A DNA stretch of 32,000 nt from Candidatus Saccharimonadota bacterium (GTDB lineage Bacteria; Patescibacteriota; Gracilibacteria; UBA1369; 2-02-FULL-48-14): NCBI GenBank assembly GCA_016699145.1, contig CP064962.1:780001-812000 (forward strand), given 5' to 3'. Of this stretch, positions 24,194 through 32,000 are shown piece by piece; within the stretch, counting starts at the first letter, position 1; each line of letters opens with the position of its first letter. Both the position numbers and the translations under genes were made by a program. Under the pieces are notes generated by a model. That model made no database searches. It worked only from the letters and a program-made list of their open reading frames with translations, and was not told the origin of the DNA.

Positions 24194-25276
24194 ATGCCCA
24201 TCCTCCGACGCAAAACTCGAACCTGTACCATTGGCGCCGATCCTGCGCGGCAAGTGCTCGTGGGCAGCGAACACCCCGTGGCTATTCAAACCATGTGCAT
24301 GGGCAAAACGGAGGATATTGAGGGGACCATTGCCGAAATCAAAACCGTCGAAGACAAAGGCTGCGACCTCATTCGTCTCGCCATGCCCAGTTTCGATGCC
24401 GTCAAAGCCATTCCCCTCATCAAGGAGCGCACGTCGATGCCCATCGTCGCAGACATCCATTTTGACCCTCGTCTCGCCATCGCCGCACTCGACTACGGTG
24501 CCGACAAAATCCGCATCAATCCCGGGAACTTTTTTGACCGCTCTTATCTCGAAAAAGTCATCACCCTCGCCAAAGAAAAAAAGGCCGCTATTCGCATTGG
24601 CGTGAATGCTGGTTCACTTGAGAAAGATTTGTGGAAAAAACACGGCGCCCCCACCGCCGAAGCCCTCGCCGAATCGGCTCTGCGTTGGGTGAAATTCGTG
24701 GAAGACCTCGGGTTTGGCAACTTTGTCGTGTCCATCAAAAGTGAACGCGTGCCCGTGATGGTGGAGGCCTACCAACGTTTTGCCGCGGCCGGCAACGACG
24801 TTCCGCTGCACCTTGGGGTCACGCACGCCGGCCTACTCATTCCTGGTGCGGTGAAAAACGCCATCGGCATTGGAACACTGCTCATGCAAGGCATCGGAGA
24901 CACCATTCGCGCCTCCATCACCGATGACATCGTCAAAGAAGTGGAAGTCTGCAAAAGCATTTTGAAAGCCCTCGGCATTTACGGCAAAGAACCGGACATC
25001 ATCGCCTGCCCCACCTGCGGCCGCATTGAAGTGGATTTGCCCAAAATGGTGGCCGAAGTGGAAGCTGCCCTCGCCCATCTCAAAAAACCCGTGCGCGTGG
25101 CCGTGATGGGCTGTGTGGTGAACAGCGTGGGGGAAGCCAAAGAATCCGATTTCGCCATCGCCAGCGGTAAACATGCCGGCGCCCTCTACTACAAAGGCGA
25201 ACTCTACAAAGCCAACGTTCCCGAAGCCGAACTGGTGCCGGAATTACTCAAGTTGATTGAGGAGAAGACGAAATAG
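24194..25276 (+). CDS. ispG: 4-hydroxy-3-methylbut-2-en-1-yl diphosphate synthase (IspG/GcpE)
   Basis: RRKTR...VGSEHPVAIQTM, IRINPGN, ACPTCGR, GCVVNSVGEAKE (Fe-S cysteine ligands). Confidence 0.95.
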   Translation: MPILRRKTRTCTIGADPARQVLVGSEHPVAIQTMCMGKTEDIEGTIAEIKTVEDKGCDLIRLAMPSFDAVKAIPLIKERTSMPIVADIHFDPRLAIAALDYGADKIRINPGNFFDRSYLEKVITLAKEKKAAIRIGVNAGSLEKDLWKKHGAPTAEALAESALRWVKFVEDLGFGNFVVSIKSERVPVMVEAYQRFAAAGNDVPLHLGVTHAGLLIPGAVKNAIGIGTLLMQGIGDTIRASITDDIVKEVEVCKSILKALGIYGKEPDIIACPTCGRIEVDLPKMVAEVEAALAHLKKPVRVAVMGCVVNSVGEAKESDFAIASGKHAGALYYKGELYKANVPEAELVPELLKLIEEKTK

Positions 25277-25302
25277 CCTATAATCAAATCAACCGCATCT
25301 CT

Positions 25303-26085
25303 ATGGTTCGTCCTTACTCCAAATGGAAACTTGCAGTCAAAACGCTGCCTTTTGTACTCGTGGTTTTGGTGCTCAAAATGCTTGTACATCACTACGATCA
25401 GGAGATGCTCACCCTGAGCTCCCTGTTCACGGCGATCGTTTCGGCTAATATTTTCCTGATTGGATTTTTAATTTCTGGGACACTCGTGGATTATAAAGAA
25501 AGTGAAAAAATCCCCTCCGATTTGGCTTCCAGCCTACAATCCCTCGCGGATGAAGGCTTTATTTTAAATAAGGCCCACAAACAGCAAATCGCTAGCCCTT
25601 TTCTCAAAAAAATTCTCATGCTCAACCAGTCTGTGATCGACTGGTTTCATAAAAAAGAATCTTATGAAACTGTGCAAGATCAGCTCTTCACGCTCAATGA
25701 CGATTTTCTCGCTTTCGAAAAAGAGACCCCAGCCAATTTCATCGTCCGTCTTAAGCAAGAGCAAAATCAGCTGCGTAAAACCCTCGGTCGTGCCAAAGTG
25801 ATTCGTGAAACTTCCTTCCTTGGAACAGGTTATGCAGTGGCCGAAATCCTCACTTTTATTTTGGTGCTCGCTCTGATTTTTATCCGCATGGATCCTTTCT
25901 ACGAAAGTCTTTTTTTCGCCGCATTCATCAGTTTCATGCTCATCTATATGATCTTCTTCATCAAAGATTTGGACAACCCTTTTGGCTATGGTAAAAGCGG
26001 GGTGATTGAAGAAGTTTCTTTGCGGCCTCTTTTGGAAGGACACAAACGCTTGGAGCTGAATATAGAAAAGAATCTGCATGCCTAA
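25303..26085 (+). CDS. Hypothetical polytopic membrane protein (possibly DUF4239/bestrophin-like)
   Basis: Four hydrophobic helices flank a soluble helical insert. The tail motif DLDNPFGYGKSGVIEEVSLRPL recalls DUF4239 (low confidence). Overlaps the dxr start by 8 nt. Confidence 0.6.
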   Translation: MVRPYSKWKLAVKTLPFVLVVLVLKMLVHHYDQEMLTLSSLFTAIVSANIFLIGFLISGTLVDYKESEKIPSDLASSLQSLADEGFILNKAHKQQIASPFLKKILMLNQSVIDWFHKKESYETVQDQLFTLNDDFLAFEKETPANFIVRLKQEQNQLRKTLGRAKVIRETSFLGTGYAVAEILTFILVLALIFIRMDPFYESLFFAAFISFMLIYMIFFIKDLDNPFGYGKSGVIEEVSLRPLLEGHKRLELNIEKNLHA

Positions 26086-27169
26086 ACCCCTCGCTCTTTT
26101 CGGCTCCACTGGCTCTATAGGGAGGCAAACCCTGGAGGTGCTTGCCGCGTTCCCCGGTGAATTTGAAGTGGTGGGCTTGACGGCTAAAAGCAACAAATCC
26201 CTTTTGGAAGAGCAGGGTAAAACTTTGCGCGCGCAAACCTTGCTGAGCCCGAGTTCCGAGCAAAATCAGGCGCTTATGGAGCAAGCCGAGTTCATCGTCA
26301 ACGCCATTCCCGGCTTTGCAGGGCTCGACATTTCCCTCGCTGCCATCCGAATGTCCACCCCCGAACGGCCCAAAACCCTGCTTTCCGCCAACAAAGAATC
26401 CTTGGCCATCGCGGGCCGTTTCCTGCGTGAAGAAGCTCAAAAAACCGCCGCCCGAATCTTCCCGCTGGACAGCGAAGCTTCTGCCATTTGGCAGCTCATG
26501 CACGAATACGGCGCAAGCAAAATTTCTTCTATTACACTCACCTGCTCCGGCGGCCCTTTTCACGGCAAAACGCGCCAAGATTTACTCCATGTCACTCCAG
26601 CTCAAGCCCTCGCCCACCCAACCTGGAAAATGGGCCCAAAAGTTTCCATCGATTCCGCGACACTCATCAACAAAGTGCTGGAAGTCTACGAAGTGCACCA
26701 CCTTTTCGATATTCCGCTCAAAGACATTCACATCACCATCCATCCGCAGAGCCTCGTGCACAGCATGATCCACACCCAAACCGGTGCCACCAAAATGCAC
26801 ATCACTCAAAACGACATGCGGCTTTTCATTTCTTATGCCTTGCATTACCCCGAGCAGCCGGCTTGCCCCTGGCCCATCGAGCGCACTCGTAAAAGCGATC
26901 TGAGCTTTGAGCAGCCCGATCCCGAAACTTTCCGTCCCCTCAAATGGCTGAAATTGCACGCTGGCAACCCCAACTTCCCCATCATTTTAAACGCGATGAA
27001 CGACCTCGCCGTGGCCCGTTTCCTGGACGGAAAACTCTCCTTCCTCGGCATTTACGATTTCATTGAAGAAGGGCTCCAGCGTCACCTCTGGCGCCTCCCC
27101 CCACGCAACCTAGAAGAACTGCTCGCCTTTCACGCAGAGATATCGGAGGGAGCGATGGCTTTGAGCTAA
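26078..27169 (+). CDS. dxr: 1-deoxy-D-xylulose 5-phosphate reductoisomerase
   Basis: LALFGSTGSIGRQTL (NADPH fold), ANKESLAIAG, LDSEASAIWQ (usually DSEHSAIFQ), LTCSGGPF, HPTWKMGPKVSIDSATLINKVLE. Confidence 0.93.
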   Translation: MPKPLALFGSTGSIGRQTLEVLAAFPGEFEVVGLTAKSNKSLLEEQGKTLRAQTLLSPSSEQNQALMEQAEFIVNAIPGFAGLDISLAAIRMSTPERPKTLLSANKESLAIAGRFLREEAQKTAARIFPLDSEASAIWQLMHEYGASKISSITLTCSGGPFHGKTRQDLLHVTPAQALAHPTWKMGPKVSIDSATLINKVLEVYEVHHLFDIPLKDIHITIHPQSLVHSMIHTQTGATKMHITQNDMRLFISYALHYPEQPACPWPIERTRKSDLSFEQPDPETFRPLKWLKLHAGNPNFPIILNAMNDLAVARFLDGKLSFLGIYDFIEEGLQRHLWRLPPRNLEELLAFHAEISEGAMALS

Positions 27170-27218
27170 AGTTCGGTGAAAATGTGTACGTTTTTATGGC
27201 ATCAAAGCTCAAGCTTCT

Positions 27219-27944
27219 TCAAGGTATTTGAGCATAAATTTTCCGCTCAAATTCGCGAATTCTATCGACCAACTCAGGATCTCCTATTTGGGCCAGGAAG
27301 TCTGGGTGAGGTGTAGCATAGTGGAGTCCATTTGCGCTTGGAGCTGACCTTCCAAAGAATAAGCCAAATTTTGCATGCAAAGTAGTGGATTGCCCCCAAC
27401 TGAAGTTAATTAAAGATCCAGTCTTATCCATAGCCAAGGGGTATGATCTAGACGATATTAAGCCAAAATCACCCGTGTGCCAGCTTGCTTCATGATGAAC
27501 GCCTCGACTGGTATAAGGAGATGATTGAAGGGTCATTACTCTTTTATAACTGGGATCCACTATCCAGTTGTGCCCTCCATGGATATGCAAGTTTACCCAC
27601 ACATGCATTGCCTGTTCTGAGGTAAAAAATCGATCATCCTGTCCATAATTAACTACAGCCCTTACGTCAGGATATTTGGTTTGAAATGCCAATTTGTAAC
27701 GACATGCAAGATCTGAACATTCTCCAGTATTCTTAGACAAATCCGATGGATTTAATGCATTTTTAAAAATCAACAGCCGTACACCCTCTATCTCCTCATA
27801 GCATGCTTCTAGATCTGCTAAATGCCATTGAGAATATTCAAATACCTCACAAAGTTTACCTGACTCATCCCGAAAACTATCAGAGTTTCGTAAGTCTACT
27901 TTGGGTGCATCAATCCAATTGGAAATTAAGGGATGTACAGCCAC
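27219..27944 (-). CDS. Hypothetical protein with a transglutaminase-like Cys-His-Asp core
   Basis: GECSDLACRYKLAFQ ... HVWVNLHIHGGHNWIVDPS fits the transglutaminase-like cysteine-protease pattern (G.C..fa ... HaW.ev...gW..DPt). The stretch is AT-richer and on the opposite strand to the MEP genes. Confidence 0.55.
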   Translation of the reverse strand: MAVHPLISNWIDAPKVDLRNSDSFRDESGKLCEVFEYSQWHLADLEACYEEIEGVRLLIFKNALNPSDLSKNTGECSDLACRYKLAFQTKYPDVRAVVNYGQDDRFFTSEQAMHVWVNLHIHGGHNWIVDPSYKRVMTLQSSPYTSRGVHHEASWHTGDFGLISSRSYPLAMDKTGSLINFSWGQSTTLHAKFGLFFGRSAPSANGLHYATPHPDFLAQIGDPELVDRIREFERKIYAQIP

Positions 27945-28099
27945 AATCTCAAAAGGTTAAGAAATAATTGTGCAATGTATTCTATAAATTGTCAATCTGA
28001 ATTCCTTGAGTTCAGGCTCAGGAGCCTTATCCAAGGATAAATACCCCTCCTTCCCCTTTCTCACCTAATCTATTAAACTTAAAAACCTAAATCCTTCTC

Positions 28100-29161
28100 A
28101 TGAACATCGCCATCCTTCTAGCAGCGGGCGCATCCAGCCGAGCGGGCCAAAATAAACTGTGGGCGGATGTGCATGGCCGTCCCCTTTGGACTCTGAGCTA
28201 CGAAACGTTCAAATCGCATCCAGAGGTCGATCGAATTGTGCTAGTGGTGCCAGCGGGTGAAGAGCCCAAATTCGCCGCTTATGTGGACGTGCCCATGGCC
28301 AGTGGAGGTGAAACGCGCATGCAATCTTTTAAAAATGGCTTGGCCTTACTCACCTTGAACGATGAAGACATTGTGATCGATCACAACGCCGCCAACCCCA
28401 ACGTGACCGCCCGTGAAATTTCTGAAGTCATAGCCGCTGCAAAAGAAGTCGGTGCCGCAGCCGTTTCTATGCCTGCCGTGGACACGCTATTTGTAGCGGA
28501 GGAAGGCACTTATTTGAACCCCCTTCCGCGCGAAAAAATTCGGCTCATGCAAACCCCTCAAGCCGTGCGTGCGAATCTTTTAAAGCCCTTCGAATTGGCG
28601 GATGGCACGGATCTCACTTCTGCCTTGCTCGCCAAAGTTCCGGTTAAGGTAGTGGAGGCGGACCCGGCAAATCGAAAAATCACTTTTGCCGAAGACCTGA
28701 AAAGTCTTTGCGCCCGGACCTATTTGGGCGAAGATTCTCACGCCTTTTCCCAGGCCGGCCAACTGGTGCTCGGCGGGCTCACTGTTCCCGAACTCCCTGC
28801 CCTGGAGGCGAACTCGGACGGAGATGTGATTTTGCACGCCATCGGGCGCGCCCTGGCGCTGGCTCAAAACAAGAATTTTTCTGAAATCGCCGACCCACTT
28901 GCGCTCTCGGGTGAGAGAGACAGCCGAGCTTATTTAAATCCCTTGCTGCACAATGTAAAAATCGAACAAGTCGCCCTCACGTTGGAATGTGCCCGCCCCC
29001 GCATCGATGCCCTTGCCCCCGCCCTCAAAAATTCCCTGGCTTCCCTGCTGGCCCTTCATCCGGACCAAATCCGCCTCTCCGCCCACACCGGCGAAGGCCT
29101 CACTACGTTCGGCCGCGGCGAAGGAATCCGCTGTCTGGCATTGTTGACAATTAAAAATTAA
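28100..29161 (+). CDS. ispDF: Bifunctional IspD/IspF (MEP cytidylyltransferase / MEcPP synthase)
   Basis: N-terminal part: IAILLAAGASSRAG.NKLW (IspD). C-terminal part: GEDSHAF, GGLTVPE, EANSDGDVILHAIGRAL, HTGEGLTTFGRGEGI (IspF). Confidence 0.9.
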   Translation: MNIAILLAAGASSRAGQNKLWADVHGRPLWTLSYETFKSHPEVDRIVLVVPAGEEPKFAAYVDVPMASGGETRMQSFKNGLALLTLNDEDIVIDHNAANPNVTAREISEVIAAAKEVGAAAVSMPAVDTLFVAEEGTYLNPLPREKIRLMQTPQAVRANLLKPFELADGTDLTSALLAKVPVKVVEADPANRKITFAEDLKSLCARTYLGEDSHAFSQAGQLVLGGLTVPELPALEANSDGDVILHAIGRALALAQNKNFSEIADPLALSGERDSRAYLNPLLHNVKIEQVALTLECARPRIDALAPALKNSLASLLALHPDQIRLSAHTGEGLTTFGRGEGIRCLALLTIKN

Positions 29162-29194
29162 GGCGTAGGATAAACTCCATTAATCCAGAAAAGT

Positions 29195-29914
29195 ATGACA
29201 GAACTTGAAGATTTCCCTTTCCACGATCAGCAGATAAGGGGAACTTGTGTTCCAAAAGGAGGGTCGATAAGAATTGCAACTCGTCAAGAGGTTGAAGGCT
29301 TAACAGGTTTATACGAATTGATGGTAGGCAAAACCGCAGCAAAAGGAAGACTAGCCGCGATACTGGCGGCCAACCCTAATGTCCAAGACTGGAAGATCTC
29401 TGCGAATGGACCGACGATTTCTCCCATGAATAATGCCGCGTCTTTAGGGAAAAATGTAGCGAGTTGGGTCGCAGAGGGTAACTGGCATTTGACCAATCCG
29501 TCCATTATATCCCTGACCGATGTACTCCGCGAAGCAAAAGCAGCTGATCTAAAAACAGAAAACACTACTCAAGACGGAAAACGCTTTGGAGATTTCTTAA
29601 GAGGTCAACCCCTTAGAGCGCTTCATTTTGACGTGCTTGGAGGAGGAGAAGTTCCATTAGAAATGGGCCTCAGCCAATCAGGTTTCTATTCAACCAGAGA
29701 AGGAGTTCAATACCCAGGAATCACTGTTTTCGGGAAGGTGAGGGATGTTAATGTTCAGCATTCACTCATATTTTTTGAAGCAGAAAAGTACGCAACTAGT
29801 TCAGGTTGGATTGAAGGATTGACACACCCAATTGAAATCTACTGTAGGTCAGTTAGAACTGATGGTGGAGTAGAAAACAAATGGTTTGTAACACAGCCAG
29901 GTCTGCATAATTGA
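29195..29914 (+). CDS. Hypothetical protein (239 aa), orphan
   Basis: Uninterrupted ORF in an AT-richer stretch. Its TGA (29912-29914) overlaps the ispE ATG (29914) as TGATG. No family recognised. Confidence 0.55.
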   Translation: MTELEDFPFHDQQIRGTCVPKGGSIRIATRQEVEGLTGLYELMVGKTAAKGRLAAILAANPNVQDWKISANGPTISPMNNAASLGKNVASWVAEGNWHLTNPSIISLTDVLREAKAADLKTENTTQDGKRFGDFLRGQPLRALHFDVLGGGEVPLEMGLSQSGFYSTREGVQYPGITVFGKVRDVNVQHSLIFFEAEKYATSSGWIEGLTHPIEIYCRSVRTDGGVENKWFVTQPGLHN

Positions 29915-30665
29915 TGAGTCTCCCAGCCCTCCACCCACCCGCCAAAATCAACCTTTTCCTTGCCATTCGTGGCAAGGATGAAACAGGTTATCACGAAATC
30001 GAAACCGTGTTTGCAAAAATTCCAAATTGGACCGATGAACTCATCCTTGAACCGGCCGCAGCGCTGCAGATTGAATTCATTCCCAGTGAAGGGATAGACC
30101 CCAAAAACAACACGCTCGCGAAGGCCATTCAGGTTTTAGAAGCGCACACCGGGCGTACGTTTCATTACAAAATCACCGTTCACAAAAACATTCCCCCGTG
30201 CTCGGGTTTGGGAGGAGCCGCCAGCGATGCCGCGACCTTGCTCCTTGCCCTCAACGATGCCGAAAATCTACAAATTTCTCAGAAAAAACTGTTGGAATTG
30301 GGTGCTCAAGTGGGCATGGATGTTCCCTTCTTTCTTTCGGGCTTTGACGTGGCTTTAGGCACCCATTACGGGAAATTTTAAGCCCTCTCCCCGCACTCCC
30401 CGCGAGCATCCACATTCGAATAGAACCCGGCCCACCGGCCCCCACTAAGGAGGCTTTTCAAAAGTGGGATGAAGGATGCGTGAGTTCCAACAAAACGGCC
30501 AATGGATTGATAGAAGCGCTCCAAGCCGGCGATTCGCAAAAAATCCTCGCTGCCTTGCACAACGACTTCCAAGTTTTCTACACCTCCCCAAAGTTAAAAC
30601 CCGGCGAACACGCCATACTCACCGGCAGCGGCAGCGCGTTTGCAGTCGTCACTTCTCGCTTCTAG
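29914..30665 (+). pseudogene. ispE: 4-diphosphocytidyl-2-C-methyl-D-erythritol kinase (IspE), split by a frameshift
   Basis: Part 1 (to TAA 30379-30381): PAKINLFLAI and PPCSGLGGAASDAATLL (GHMP motif II). Part 2 is the frame open from 30348 to TAG 30663-30665: EILSPLP... and ILTGSGSAFAVV (GHMP motif III). One extra nt at GGG 30370-30372 joins them as ...THYGEILSPLP..., giving about 250 aa. Confidence 0.85.
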
Positions 30666-32000
30666 CTTCGCTCATTCTCAATCGGTTCAAGTGGTGCTGA
30701 CTTTGTTTAACATGTCGACGGTAAGCAAAAAGAAGGAAAATTAAAATCAACAAAGAAAGCCCACTGGTCAAAAAAAGATTCAGTTGCAAATGATAGAGCG
30801 CGTTGTCCGCAAAAACCACCCCAATAGCAAAAAAAGTTACACCAAAACTAAGACCCCAATAACGACGAGTTTCCTCGAAATGAGGGAAGGTTTTATTGCC
30901 CATGGACCGTAGCCAAACCAGCAACCCAAAAAGGAAGAAAAGTCCTGAATAAACCAGCACGTGAGTCCACAAGCGATTCTGTTCAAAAGTCATTTCCTTC
31001 AAGTGTTGAATGGCAAATGGATGCACCAAGAAATAACAAGTAGTCACGAGTAAAAGCGTAATAAATCCTGCTGTTTTTTGGCGGAAAGCTCTTTGCACCC
31101 TTAGGACTCCAGGGATGCGTTCCAAACGGTCAAAAAGGGCGATCAATTGCTCATAATCTTCCAATAAAATTTCAATTTGATCTCGACTGATGCATTCAGG
31201 ATTCGCCGGCGATCCATCCGACAAAAAAGGATTATCGCGCTTCACGTCATAACCGCTGCCTTTAATAAAAAGAATGGGCAATTTCAATTCATAAAAAGGT
31301 TCCAAAATTTCACGCAGCAGCCCGATGCGGTCGTAAGCCTCCACAATAATTTTAATGCGATATTTATAATCTTCTTCACCAAAATTAAAACGTCTTTTTA
31401 AACTGTGCCATACTCTTAAAAGCTTCACTCCCGGTCCCACCACCAGTTCCGGGAAAAGCACTTTATACACTTCCGAAGAAGACAAAGTGCCCTCGCCGAT
31501 GGCTGCCAAAAGTTCATCAAAACTGTCGAATTCAAATTGAATCAGCGCGCGAGATTGCAGCGCAAAATCCAAATGATGGACCAAACCCTGATTCTGATGG
31601 TCCAATTCCTGCTGCAAAAGTCGAGTGCCCAGTTGGATGCGCGTGCCCATGGTTTGCTCTTTAAAATAAGCACGAATTTGCGTCTTGGCTTTAGAAGTTT
31701 TCACATGATCCAACCAGCCGCGCTCGGGACCTTTTTGACGTCGCGTATCGAATAAAATTTGCACATGATCTCCACTTTGCAAAGTGCCCAATAGTGAATA
31801 ATTCTTATTGTTCACCATGGGTTTGAGCACATATTCATTCACGGCTATGCCCCTGGCATAAACAAAATCGAGCACACAAGCCCCTTCCGGCAAATCCACC
31901 ACCTCCCCATCCGATGAAAAAACAAAAATCCGATTCCGCAGCACGTCTTCCTGCAAAGTGCGAATGAAACCTTCTGGATTTTTATAATGTTTCAAAAACG
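30649..32000 (-). CDS. RelA/SpoT homologue, C-terminal part (TGS, helical, ACT-like) with a C-terminal 4-TM extension; 5' end outside the window
   Basis: The frame is open to the window edge. TGS domain: IFVFSSDGEVVDLPEGACVLDFVYARGIAV...GDHVQI. Conserved WLDHVKTSKAKTQIRAYFK. ACT-like YRIKIIVEAYDRIGLLREI. The last 142 aa contain four hydrophobic helices. Confidence 0.85.
   Translation of the reverse strand, partial: FLKHYKNPEGFIRTLQEDVLRNRIFVFSSDGEVVDLPEGACVLDFVYARGIAVNEYVLKPMVNNKNYSLLGTLQSGDHVQILFDTRRQKGPERGWLDHVKTSKAKTQIRAYFKEQTMGTRIQLGTRLLQQELDHQNQGLVHHLDFALQSRALIQFEFDSFDELLAAIGEGTLSSSEVYKVLFPELVVGPGVKLLRVWHSLKRRFNFGEEDYKYRIKIIVEAYDRIGLLREILEPFYELKLPILFIKGSGYDVKRDNPFLSDGSPANPECISRDQIEILLEDYEQLIALFDRLERIPGVLRVQRAFRQKTAGFITLLLVTTCYFLVHPFAIQHLKEMTFEQNRLWTHVLVYSGLFFLFGLLVWLRSMGNKTFPHFEETRRYWGLSFGVTFFAIGVVFADNALYHLQLNLFLTSGLSLLILIFLLFAYRRHVKQSQHHLNRLRMSEARSEK

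Noticed and set aside
1-32000. tRNA, rRNA, tmRNA, RNase P or SRP RNA genes.
   Set aside because: Scanning the intergenic regions by eye gave no cloverleaf-compatible or signature motifs (for example a GGTTCGAATCC-type T-arm). This is a weak negative and should be confirmed with tRNAscan-SE/Infernal.

Overview
Bacterial chromosomal DNA that reads with the standard code: TAA, TAG and TGA all close recognisable genes. There are about 35 genes.

Housekeeping backbone:
- a ribosome hibernation factor and a NifS/IscS-type cysteine desulfurase
- RNase Y, a YtxH-like protein and a VanW protein
- a TPR protein, DNA pol III delta-prime, a MurF-type ligase and an O-antigen-ligase/TPR membrane protein
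- the infC-rpmI-rplT operon, in which infC has to start at AUU or AUA
- a large secreted Amidase_2/PGRP-type peptidoglycan amidase
- an unusually tight MEP-isoprenoid cluster (ispG, dxr, fused ispDF, ispE)
- the C-terminal part of a long RelA/SpoT homologue that ends in four predicted TM helices

Mobile DNA:
- two ~550-bp IS200-group elements (tnpA only, subterminal GTAA-loop hairpins) in inverted orientation at 496-1044 and 18684-19233, identical except for one G
- one 1039-bp IS30-family element at 8298-9336 with perfect 15-bp inverted repeats

Four genes are interrupted:
- IS200 tnpA copy 1 (G4 versus G5)
- the IS30 transposase (A7 tract right after the ATG)
- ispE (frameshift at GGGAAATTTT)
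- a PduO-type adenosyltransferase (TAA in place of a conserved Glu codon)

All three frameshifts sit at homopolymers, so assembly error versus real decay has to be resolved first.

The most interesting unexplained structure is an AT-richer three-gene orphan island at 6891-9869. Its two leftward genes carry paralogous promoter-leader modules that share an invariant 17-nt element. The IS30 copy has cut one of these modules off from its gene. Further orphan genes are wedged into the MEP cluster: a transglutaminase-like Cys-His-Asp protein, a 239-aa protein and a 260-aa membrane protein.

No rRNA, tRNA or CRISPR array was recognised by eye. Lineage cannot be assigned from this window. Nothing was checked against databases, and all family calls come from motif recognition in the supplied translations.
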